Of a stretch of DNA of 22,913 bases, positions 1-9,384 are shown in pieces. The notes beneath the pieces are model-generated. The model saw nothing but the letters and a program-made list of their open reading frames with translations. It ran no database searches and had not been told where the DNA came from. This DNA is from Lobosporangium transversale. Lineage: Eukaryota. The stretch covers positions 806,001 through 828,913 of the forward strand of contig NW_019028992.1 of NCBI RefSeq assembly GCF_002105155.1, in the 5' to 3' direction. A program made the position numbers and the translations under genes. Position 1 is the stretch's first letter. The number at the start of each line of letters is the position of its first letter.

Positions 1-1040
1 GTTTGGACGAGCTTAAGGAATGTAGAGCCAATGTAAAGTTTTTTCATCCAGTGGATGAAGAATTTTTGGAGGAGCTTTTTTACAAGTTGGGGGGAGTGCC
101 AAGACAGGTCCTACAGGCTCCAGCCAAAGAACTATTCAAGAATCAAGGAGATATTAAGGGTGCTAGAGACTCTGCGTTTAGCCGCGTCGAAACTGCCATT
201 GAAAAACTCCGGAACCCAGCAGATCTTGTAGCGCTCTTTGCACGAGGAAAAGAAGCGAGTGAATTTAGTGGTCGTTTACTCCATAGAGTCCCCACTTCTG
301 ACCACCTCAACTTCCATCTGGTGTGGGCATCTCGTTGGGTTGAATTAAGGGTTGTCGACAAAATAAAAGATGACACTTGGCTCGATGTGTTGGCGAAACT
401 TGTCAAAAGCGAAGAGGATATAGCTAAAGGCCCACTGTTTGAAGTCTATGCTCATCACTTATTTCGATGTGGTGATATTAGATTTCCCTTTAGGGATCTC
501 CAGTCAGGCGAAACAGGATTTCTTGATTTTCCAGCAAACCCAGAAGTGGTGCATATCCGGACTTCAGATGAATTATTAGGGCTCACTCAAGCAGCTGGCA
601 AGTTGTTTGTACCAGAACATTCTAAATTTCCGTGCATTGATTTTGCATTGGGACCCAACAAGCTATTTCAGGTCACAGTATCAGAGAAGCATCCGATCAA
701 GCAAGCACCATTCAAGGAGATAATTGAATGTATTACTGGACCCTGCTTGAAGGGAGACCAATCAAAGTTGAAGGGAGACCGATCAGAGTCGAAGGGAGAC
801 CGATCAGAGTCGAAGGGAGACCGATCAGAGTCGAAGGGAAGTGATGATACCATTTTCCTCTATTTTGTGGTGCCAGGAGACGTATATGGCGATTTTAAAG
901 TTCAGAACTTTCTTACCACCAAAGATACGGTCGTCAAGAATCCATATGTATGCTTAAAACATGTAAGACAGCGTGTCATAAAAATCGACATCGAAGCTGC
1001 ATATTCAGGAGGAGCAGCCGGTACGAATCTGAAGAATTAA
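1..1040 (+). CDS. Crinkler (CRN/RHS-like) effector, 5'-truncated: C-terminal end of the P-loop NTPase module followed by a PD-(D/E)xK restriction-endonuclease-fold (REase) domain
   Basis: Open frame runs from the window edge (the first 'M' is a TTG) to TAA at 1038-1040. Motifs typical of CRN/RHS proteins: 'LDELKECR...EELFYKLGGVPRQVL', 'SGRLLH...WASRWV', 'KGPLFEVYAH', 'FPCIDF', 'LFQVTVSEKHPIK', 'FLYFVVP...F..Q'. Confidence 0.8.
   Translation, partial: LDELKECRANVKFFHPVDEEFLEELFYKLGGVPRQVLQAPAKELFKNQGDIKGARDSAFSRVETAIEKLRNPADLVALFARGKEASEFSGRLLHRVPTSDHLNFHLVWASRWVELRVVDKIKDDTWLDVLAKLVKSEEDIAKGPLFEVYAHHLFRCGDIRFPFRDLQSGETGFLDFPANPEVVHIRTSDELLGLTQAAGKLFVPEHSKFPCIDFALGPNKLFQVTVSEKHPIKQAPFKEIIECITGPCLKGDQSKLKGDRSESKGDRSESKGDRSESKGSDDTIFLYFVVPGDVYGDFKVQNFLTTKDTVVKNPYVCLKHVRQRVIKIDIEAAYSGGAAGTNLKN
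749..839 (+). repeat. 21-bp in-frame tandem repeat (GAAGGGAGACCGATCAGAGTC, ~4.3 copies) encoding KGDRSES
   Basis: Units start at 749, 770, 791, 812 and a partial unit at 833. The first unit is diverged (KGDQSKL); the next three are identical. Confidence 0.95.
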
Positions 1041-1189
1041 ATCGAATACCAATCAAGTGGATGAAATTTTGTCTTTTTTAAAAAAAGCATTATACCCGTT
1101 CCTTGAGAATTTTTTACAATGGCTCATTCTTTATGAATGAAGCCATCATCATCCACTTACCTTTTAGACGAATAGATAGAGCGGTTTAA

Positions 1190-1470
1190 TCCGTCCTGCC
1201 TTCTACTGGGGCATTTAGAACTTTATAAAGCTGTGATCATTATGCGATCTTGTGTGCAGGATTTTGTGATACTATTATCAAAGAGTTTTGTAAAAACGGA
1301 TAGAGATGAAGAATCCTGTGGAGAACCAGTGAGAGTATGATGAGACCCAAAATCATATTATTATCACCAGGACAGCTGGGAGTTTTTTTGGATCTCCAAA
1401 GAGTATGTGATGAGCCAATAAAGGGTTGTATGGTGCACAGAGATAACATCTTAATAGCATGATCAACTCA
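1190..1470 (-). pseudogene. Possible heavily decayed PIF1-like (Helitron-type) helicase fragment
   Basis: Minus-strand frames give 'QPFIG', 'HILFGDPKKLPAV' (compare PIF1 motif III GDFxQLPPV) and 'TKSCTQ', 'NDHSFIKF' (compare motif IV RQ.D..F..LN) in the expected order, but only across frameshifts and stops. Confidence 0.25.
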
Positions 1471-2329
1471 AGAGAATGTGTCAATATTCCTTCAAAAAGC
1501 TGAATGGCCTATATGAGGAATGAACAAATATTGACAGGGTATATTGCCTAGTTGATTATACGTGATGGAGCTACTTTTTTTTTTTTTGTAAATCGAAAAA
1601 TTATCAATGGAGACACTCGCACAGAAGACAAGTAACATTTAATAATTATCTAAATCTATCGTACTGGTTAAATTGCACTAATAACATACGCGTGACTTGA
1701 GTAAGAGAAGATCTTTGATGATCTTCATAACTAATCAGCATTACAAATTACAATGACAACCATATGCACCATTGAGAAAAAAAAAAAAAAAAAAAACGCT
1801 CCAAAGTAAGCTTTTGTTCAACAAATTATTACTATCCCTACAAACTATGCTCCTTGAGAAAAAAAAAAAATGTCTTCCATTGCTCTGAGTCGAAGAACTT
1901 GTTCCAGGAGAGGATGTGCTCCTACGGTCTTGCATTTTGTGAAAGATCTTTGATTACCTCTCCTACTCCATGTTAGGCCTTGTTCTAACTCTCAAGCCAT
2001 TCGTACGCCCTCTGGAAATAATAAAATCATTGAAGCGCATTGTGAACCATGAAGCCCCGTGGGTTGTATTACACTCTGGGGAACAGTGGCGATTATCGAT
2101 TCTAACAAAATTTTTTTTGCCACACTTTTCCGCATTTGGAATAACATTGATTGTGACGCCTTGACGTGTCCATTCATTTAAAATCTTTCGAATCTATCCA
2201 CTGTCTTATTTTATTTTATCTTCAATGCCAATATCTGCCTCCATTTGCTAACCCATAGGGTCCCCCATTGCCGGCCTTTCCAACTCTGTCAGGTTTCTTT
2301 CTCTTCAGGAAGTTAACTAGATCCATGCC

Positions 2330-3150
2330 TAAGCTAACAAGAGACCTTCTCAGATTGTCAACAATGGCAATACCGGCTATGTGACTGATGCCACTTCCAC
2401 AGGTTGTCGGAGACCAATCAAACCTTCCAGATTTGCTCCGCCCAAGGTGTCCAAGAGTGTAGCACCACGGCCCCCGCTATGACTTCCACGACCAAGCGTT
2501 CTTTTTCGATGAGCTAGTGTTTAGTACCTCCCAGTACTATGGCGAACGGCTTGCATCGGCCCCTAGGGCTGATGACACCATCGCGTCCGTAGAGGGCCCT
2601 TTCCAGGAGCTCTCGGAAATGATGGCATTGAAATCAAACGTAAGTGTCAACCCTCTTCCACTTCCTCAGGGTCTCCCATCCTTTAAGAAGGGCATAATCC
2701 TCGTGGATACGGCTCTTGGTTTACTTTACATGTACTCCAAGTAGGCTGCTGTTGTCTTTGATAAGATATCAGCAGCCGAGAGGGCCCTTGCCAAAGCTAT
2801 CGAGGCAGGGACCCTCACTATTTTGGTAAGATTCTCTTCGCCGACAACCGTGCTTCTATGCCAGAAGAGCGGCCCAGAAACTCCTCCAAGATACTTGGTG
2901 TCAGTCAGTGATTGCCACCAAGACTTCTGAAATACAATCACTCAAGATTAAGTTCCAGGAGGGCCTTGCTAAGGAACTCTCCTCTGAGTTACAAGGTGCG
3001 CTTGTCCGTGTTCATAGCATGGACGGCGTCACTAAGCCACTCTTGGAGAGTTTCCATGCACAGGTGCGACAAACCACCCTTGGCTTCAAGGCCAATTGTG
3101 AACGTATTCAAGCCATCGTGCTGGCGGAAGCTGCTACTTTAGCTTTTAAG
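2330..3150 (+). pseudogene. GC-richer, coding-like but interrupted segment; unknown gene or transposon remnant
   Basis: GC content is higher than the flanks. Short ORFs lie in different frames (2517-2744, 2908-3252 'KFQEGLAKELSSELQGALVRV...'), with donor-like G|GTAAAA at 3151 and GTAAGT at 2640. No recognisable domain. Confidence 0.25.
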
Positions 3151-3573
3151 GTAAAATATTCTAGTGTACTCTTCCAAACTCATACCCTCTCAAGTATGTA
3201 TGGAATGCTTATTATCGAGATTCCACTGTATATTTCTCGTTTCATTTCTTAAATCAGATGGAAATGTTAAGTTTGTGGTCACGATTGAATCAAAATAGAA
3301 TAGAAAATCCTACTCAGAAAGTTATTGGGAGGGGGGTGTACGTACCATCTTACTAACGAACTGTTACTGATTTTATATGCTTTGTTACTAATGTAGTGAT
3401 TATAAAGTGAGGAATGACCCTATCGTCTAAGTAGAGAAAGCTGATCAGTGTTAGAAAAAGCTAATATATTTTAAGAGAGCATTCGTTACTCTTCTTTGGT
3501 ATCCTTCACTCTATTAGCATAGACAGGTTCAACGGCAATATCAATATTTTTTATATCATCATTTATTCTTTCT

Positions 3574-3576
<3 letters not shown>

Positions 3577-3629
<53 letters not shown>
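3577..3629. repeat. Back-to-back homopolymers T27-A26 (self-complementary)
   Basis: Read directly: c(3576) T 3577-3603, A 3604-3629, g(3630). Confidence 0.9.
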
Positions 3630-3630
<1 letters not shown>

Positions 3631-3733
3631 GAATTGATTTGGGCAGATATCCTTGCTGTTGTTAGTTTTATAATATGAATATTGTGAAAATGCATGAGAT
3701 AGGAGGAACCCTCTTTAGCATCCGACAACTACA

Positions 3734-5858
3734 TTACTGAGGCGAGTTGCAATCATTTCCTGACTCCCAAAGCAAAGCAAATGCGTGTGCATTGTCCTGT
3801 TCAAACCTCAATCTGAGTACTTCTGAGAGCGCCAGGGCTCCTTCATACCCAATTAAGTTGTATGTCAAGTTCAAGTTAGCAAGAGTCATATTGGTCTTGA
3901 GTGCCTCCGAGAGTGCCAGAGCTCCCTCACTCCCGATTGAGTTATTGTGCAGGTTCAAGTTGGTTAGAGTTGTGTTTGTCTTGAGTGCCTCTGAGAGGGT
4001 CAAGGCTCCTTCCTTCCCAATGGAGTTGTATGTCAAGTTCAAATTGACCAGAGTCGTATTTGCCTTGAGTGCCTCTGAGAGCGCCCAAAACTCCTCCATT
4101 CCCGATTGAGTTGTACGTCAAGTTCAAATTGGCCAGAGTCGAGCTTGTCTTAAGTGTCTCTGAGAGGGCCAAGGTTCCTTCCTCCCCAATTGAGTTGCAC
4201 TCCAAGTCCAAATTGATTAGCGTTGTGTTTATCGGTAATATCTCTGAGAGTACCAAAGCACCTTCCTTCTCAATTGAGTTGTATCCCAAGTCCAAGTTAG
4301 CTAGAGACGTGTTTGACTTGAGTGCCTTTGAGAGTGCCAGAGCACCTTCCTTCCTAATCAAGTTGTCTTTCAAACTCAAATTGGACAGAGCCATATTCGT
4401 TTTGAGTACCTCTGAGATTGCCAGAGCTCCTTCATTCCCAATTGAGTTGTATTCCAAGTCTAAATTGGACAGAGTCGCGTTTATCTTGAGTGCCTCTGAG
4501 AGTGCCAGGGCCCCCTCTTTCCTAATAGAGTTGTCTTTCAAGCTCAAAGTGGATAGAGTCGTGTTTGCCTTGAGTGCCTCTGAAAGTGCCAGAGCCCCTT
4601 CACCCCCAACTGAGTTGTATTCCAAATCCAAATTGGTTAGAGTTGTGTTTATCTTGAGTGTCTCTGAGAGTGCCAAGGCTCCTTCATTCCCAATTGAGTT
4701 GTATCCTAGGTTCAAATTAGCCAGACCCATGTTTGTCTTGAGCGCCTCTGAGAGTGCCCAGGCTCCTTCATACCCAATTGAGTTATTGTGCAAGTTCAAG
4801 TTGGTTAGGGTCATGTTTGTCTTGAGTGCCTCTGAGAGTGCTAAGGCTCCTTCATACCCAATTGAGTTGTGCTTCAAATTCAAATTGGTCAGAGTCATAT
4901 TTGCCTTGAGTGCCTCTGAGAGTGCCAAGGTACCTTCATTCCCAAATGAATTGAATTCCAAGTTCAAATTAGTTAGAGCTATGTTTGCCTTGAGCGCCTT
5001 TGAAAGTGCCAGGGCTCCTTCCTTCTTAATTGAGTTGTATGCCAAGTCCAAATTAGACAGAGTCGTGTTTGCCTTGAGTGCCTCTGAGAGCGCCAAGGCT
5101 CCTTCATTCCCGATTGAGTTGTTTCTCAAGTGCAAATTGGACAGAGTCGTGTTTGTCTTGAGTGCCTCTGACAGTGCCAGAGTTCCTTCCTTTCCAATTA
5201 AGTTGGATTCCAAGTCCAAATTGGCTAGAGTTCTATTTGTCTTGAGCGCCTCTGAAAGTGCCAAGGCTCCTTCCTCCCCAATTGAATTGAATCCCAGGTC
5301 CAAATTAACCAAAGTCATGTTTGTCTTGAGTACCTCTAAGAGTGCCAGGGCTTCTCTCTTCCCAATTAAGTTGTTGCGCAAGTTCAAATTCGTTAAAGTT
5401 TTGTTCGCATTGAGTGCCTCTGAGAGTGTCATGCCCGATCTAGTCAAATGAATGGCCGCGTTGCTGTTGTTGTCGTTGTCGTTGTTGATATTGCTGGACT
5501 GTCGTACTTCTGTAATGACGTCCAGGATCTTGTCAGGATAGAACGCAATACGCTGCGGCTCGATCCTAATAGAACATTTGTCAAACTGATTTACTCTTCC
5601 TTTTTTCTTTTCCTCAGGGCAATTGCTATGGCACTGTGATAAAGTAAAAATATACCTATTGCCATTGGCCTCTGAAAGGAATGAGATGGGATGTCCATCC
5701 AGTTTGAAACGTAGTGCATCTGGAAACACATCTCGAATGTCTTGCAAAAGCACAAAGTGTGGAGAGCCGCCATTGCTTGCATCGGTGGAAGCAGTTTTGA
5801 CGCAAACTTCTCCAACGATGTCGCCTTTTCGGAATTGTTGATACTGAGATTCTGCCAT
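3734..5858 (-). CDS. Leucine-rich-repeat protein (RI/NLRC3-like 28-aa LRRs x19) with an uncharacterised ~85-aa N-terminal domain. Exon 1 5858-5656, intron 5655-5566, exon 2 5565-3734, with a +1 frameshift near 4086-4090 (pseudogene allele or sequence error)
   Basis: ATG at 5858 (MAESQYQQFRKG). A 90-nt GTATAT...TTAG intron joins 'NGNR|IEPQRIAFYPDKILDVI'. Repeat consensus LSEALKxNxTLxNLxLxxNSIGxEGALA. LRRs continue in the second ORF 3734-4099 after the frameshift. About 677 aa if corrected, about 608 aa as read (stop at 3942). Confidence 0.88.
3830..5426 (-). repeat. Tandem array of 19 x 84-bp LRR-coding units
   Basis: Units start every 84 nt from 5426 (unit 16 is 85 nt). Conserved + strand motifs 'tgagtgcctctgagagtgcc' and 'attgagttg' recur at that period. 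Confidence 0.95.
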
Positions 5859-6346
5859 CTCGCTAATAATGCGAAGGAGAATGAGGATGCTGACAAGATG
5901 CAAAGTCTCATTCCTGCAATTTCTTTTTACTTCACCAGAGGGATAAAAAAAAAATAGTGTGTAACCCATTGGCGTCAACGGAATGTTGAAGATATGATTG
6001 AGATGGTCTGTATAGAACTCGACTCATAGCTTCCTTGAGCTATAGGCACGAGCAGCATTGTATCCATATCGACACATTGCGCTTCTTCGAACAGACCATC
6101 AGATCCATGAATCACCCAGCGTTCTCAAGAAGTGTGGAAGGAGTCCACAACAGCTACGAATGTATCTCTCACCAACAGGTCGAGGACATAGCCCACCATC
6201 TTCACGCCACCCTCAAACACCTTCCTCCACCAATGCTAGTCTTCAACCAGCTTAAAACCACCATTGAGATCTACGAAAAGACAGTCAGGATAAGACAATA
6301 ATCTGCACAACGTGAAACGCGATACCGTAACTCTTTTATTTAATCC

Positions 6347-6760
6347 ATGACTGCAGAACGACAACCTCCTGAATCCACAAATGCGCAGAGGCCTGTCATC
6401 ATGAGCCAATCACAGCCGCTGCTACTATTCATTAAGTACGTCGAGATCTGTATCAGTATCAGCTACGATAACACAAGAAGCCGTTGTGGCAGCGCCAGCT
6501 ACCTTGTTTACAGCATAGGCTTACTTATAGCAGCTGGAATGGAGCGAACCTCACCACCAAAGGATTCATATGGCTCGTCCACTTCAATTCCAACGGACAC
6601 TGTAGCTGCAGCCGATGAACAAAGTAACACACGCGATGGATACAACGAGAGGCCAAGAGGAAGTAGTAAGAACAGGCATCGACGCAAGAGCCGACAGAGG
6701 AGTAGAAGCCAAGATGACCACGGCCGCAGAAGCCCTAGCAAAAGCCGAGGATTGAGCTAA
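6347..6760 (+). CDS. Possible small hypothetical protein with Arg/Ser-rich C-terminus, or gene remnant
   Basis: 137-codon ORF with a plausible 78-nt intron (GTACGT at 6436, TTTACAG ending 6513) and a low-complexity RS-rich tail. No recognisable domain. Confidence 0.25.
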   Translation: MTAERQPPESTNAQRPVIMSQSQPLLLFIKYVEICISISYDNTRSRCGSASYLVYSIGLLIAAGMERTSPPKDSYGSSTSIPTDTVAAADEQSNTRDGYNERPRGSSKNRHRRKSRQRSRSQDDHGRRSPSKSRGLS

Positions 6761-7231
6761 AGTGTGCAAAGGAACAGGACTCGACCTGCTAGATGTGTAC
6801 TTGCGATGGGTGCGGCTACAAAGAAGCATGGGAGGTCTCATGTTGCTAGGAAGGTGAAAGTGATGACATCCCTGATAACAATAGCGACATATCCTTAACC
6901 ATGTAGAAACCAAGACGCACCCTTGCTGATGACTCTCAGATTGGATTGATATCACAGATCCAATAGTTCATATGATGACACATGTATATGTAACCAGCTT
7001 TAATATTATTAAGAATATGTGCGGCTCCTTTTGGCTCCATAAAGGCTCTATTCCTGCTCCTACACAATGTGATACGAGACTTTAACCACACTTGGGCATG
7101 ACTGGCATCCAGAGGTAAAGCAATAACAATAACAACGGCTCCCTTTGAACACCTCTTCCGCAGCAGCTTCCCATACTATTGCAAAAAGGAAGATTTTCAA
7201 ATCAAGTTTTATTCGTTCGGACAGCCTATGT

Positions 7232-8826
7232 TTAGTCCTGTTTTGGCTTGGTCTTGATAGCCAAGTCAACATCATCTTTGATGGGAATAGCATCCATAGC
7301 ACCTTCTTTACCGACTGCCAATGAGGCCGCATGGCTCGCCTCATGCAGCGCTGCTTGTAATTGTTCTTCGCTGAAGCGCTTGCCTTGAACTTGGTTGCGG
7401 ACAAGATTCGCGACGAAGTAGCCCTATTAGAAAAGAAAGTGTAGAAGAGGAAGAGAAGGAAAGGAAGTAGTTAATAAAAATGAACTAATTGAAGACCTGT
7501 TAATGATCAACTAAAAGTATACAAAGACCATATTTTACCGTAAATGAATCTCCAGCCTGTTATTGTTTTTGAAGTTGTTGGAAACAGTTTCACATAATCC
7601 GTAATATATATGAGATCGGATATAACCAGCAAGTTAGATTCAACACAATGTCACGATAGAATAAAATAAAATAAAAAAAAATATAAAATTCCTTACGCCA
7701 GTCGTATTCACAACGTCGCCCTTGATGACACCCATTCGGAACTCCTTCATTTTTTCATCCTCTTCATTGATACGAAACCTAGCAACGAGGCCGTCACTAC
7801 CAAGCGTGATAATGATGCCGCTGATTTGTTCGTATGCCTTTTCCAACACTGGGAAACATTGCGCAGGAGTGATGTGGGTTGAAGACGAGATCGAGTCAGC
7901 GTCGTTACCGCTGGTCAAGAATGAGTGAAGGCCTTGAGCCTCAATTTCATTGATCAAGAGGTAGTCGACGAGATGTAAGGGATATTCCTTTGGAAGTTTA
8001 GCGGTCATGGGCGAGGGATTAAAGCAGATTGTCATTCCTGTATTCAATTAGCCGGTAAAAAATAAAAATAAAAATAAAAATAAAATAAAATAAAATAAAT
8101 AATCAATATCATATCATGAACTTCTAAAAGCTTTCCATGACAACGAATCAATATAGCAGTTACCTCGCTCTTTGGCTGCACGCATGATCTCGCCTCCGCT
8201 GCTCATTTCATTCTGCATAACGATCCAATCGCCTTCTTCAAACTTGTTCAACACATGGCGAGCCTCTTCTAATGTTACAGTTTTGTTTGTTCCAGGGAAT
8301 AACACGATAGAGTTATCGTGTGATTCCTCGCTTAGTTGAATAATGGCCCTTCCAGTCACCTAATAGATACATATGAACGTGTTATCGTTTTTTTATTATT
8401 TTTTTTTTTTTCACCTATAAAATATGAAGGTGTAATTTTAATTCATCGTTTCTTTACCTCCTTTTCTGAAACCATGATGTATTTAGTATCTACACCAGCC
8501 TTCTCCATGATCGTGCGGACCCATTCTCCGTCCTTTCCAATCTTCCCTGCGTGATAAACATTAGCTCCAGCTCTTCCAAGAGCAACCGATTGGTTTGCGC
8601 CTTTGTAACCATTTTTTTTTTTTTTTTTTTTTTTAAATAAATAATAATAGCTATTAATATTAGCATATTATGATCGTTATTGCACAATTCAAAGTCAAAG
8701 TGAAGTTTTCTATTATTTTTTTCCTGTTTACCTTTGCCTCCAGCACTCACAGAGTGTGAAGTAGAAGAGATAGTCTTTAAAAAAAATAATAATAATAGTA
8801 GCATAAGCTTTTCTTTGTTCAATTGC

Positions 8827-8861
<35 letters not shown>

Positions 8862-9135
8862 TAACTTGTCATTACTCTTATCACTATTCTTTTACCTCAC
8901 CAGATCGAACGATATGAGGCACCACATAAAAATCATCTTTTTCATGGAGACAAGGTTATTGAGAGCCAAGATAAAAAAAAAAAATTAGGCTTGACGTTCT
9001 TCTCTAAACTATGAAAAAAAAAAAAAAAAAAAAAAAGAAAGAGAAAGAAAAGAAGCAAGCGACACAACAAGCTTCATTTTACATACCAATGTTGATTGAT
9101 CCATAAACAAGCACCTTGGGTTTTGAGAGCTCCAT
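7232..9135 (-). CDS. RBK1: Ribokinase (PfkB family), 8 exons: 9135-9087, 8936-8896, 8774-8732, 8600-8458, 8359-8164, 8037-7697, 7556-7539, 7423-7232; 340 aa
   Basis: All introns are GT-AG and phases join to 1023 nt. Motifs: 'VLVYGSINIDD', 'GETISS', 'GGKGANQSVA', 'TGRAII', 'MQNE', 'NPSP', 'INEIEA', 'ITLGSDG', 'NTTGAGDSFTG'. Confidence 0.95.
8057..8103 (+). repeat. (AAAAAT/AAAAT)n simple repeat within a ribokinase intron
   Basis: Read directly. Confidence 0.8.
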
Positions 9136-9191
9136 TATTATCGTAAAATAGTAGTCTATAAAAAAAATAAAAAAATAAAAAAAAGAAGTGA

Positions 9192-9259
9192 AAATGAAGA
9201 ATGAAGAAATGAAAGAAATGAAGGAAATGAAGGAATGAAGAATGGAGAGAATGAATGAA
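9192..9259 (+). repeat. Imperfect 7-9 bp (AATGAAG/AAATGAAGG) tandem repeat just upstream of the ribokinase start codon
   Basis: aatgaag aatgaag aaatgaaag aaatgaagg aaatgaagg aatgaag aatgg...; forms a CT-rich tract on the coding strand. Confidence 0.75.
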
Positions 9260-9384
9260 ACAAAAAGTTCTCACGCTTGCACATCATTGGAAGTCGCGTG
9301 TTTTGGCGGGATTTTTTTTATTGTGACATTTTACCAAATCATCAAGTATACAGATAAAAAGTCTTCAATTCTTCTCTTTCTTTT

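Noticed and set aside
3830..5426. Regularly spaced repeats with variable intervals resembling a CRISPR array
   Set aside because: Units are contiguous, in-frame 84-bp coding repeats in a eukaryotic intron-containing gene; there are no unique spacers and no cas genes.
3747..5451. Long + strand ORFs (460 aa and 120 aa) antisense to the LRR gene
   Set aside because: Shadow of the 84-bp repeat: a frame that lacks stops in one unit lacks them in all. They break at the same frameshift and have no ATG start or independent features.
5859..5978. N-terminal extension of the 678-aa ORF (MTPMGYTLFFF...)
   Set aside because: Non-ATG start and crosses a poly-T run; ATG at 5858 begins the coherent domain. 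An upstream exon cannot be fully excluded.
7060..7404. 114-aa minus-strand ORF
   Set aside because: Alternative frame overlapping the last ribokinase exon, whose true frame ends at 7232.
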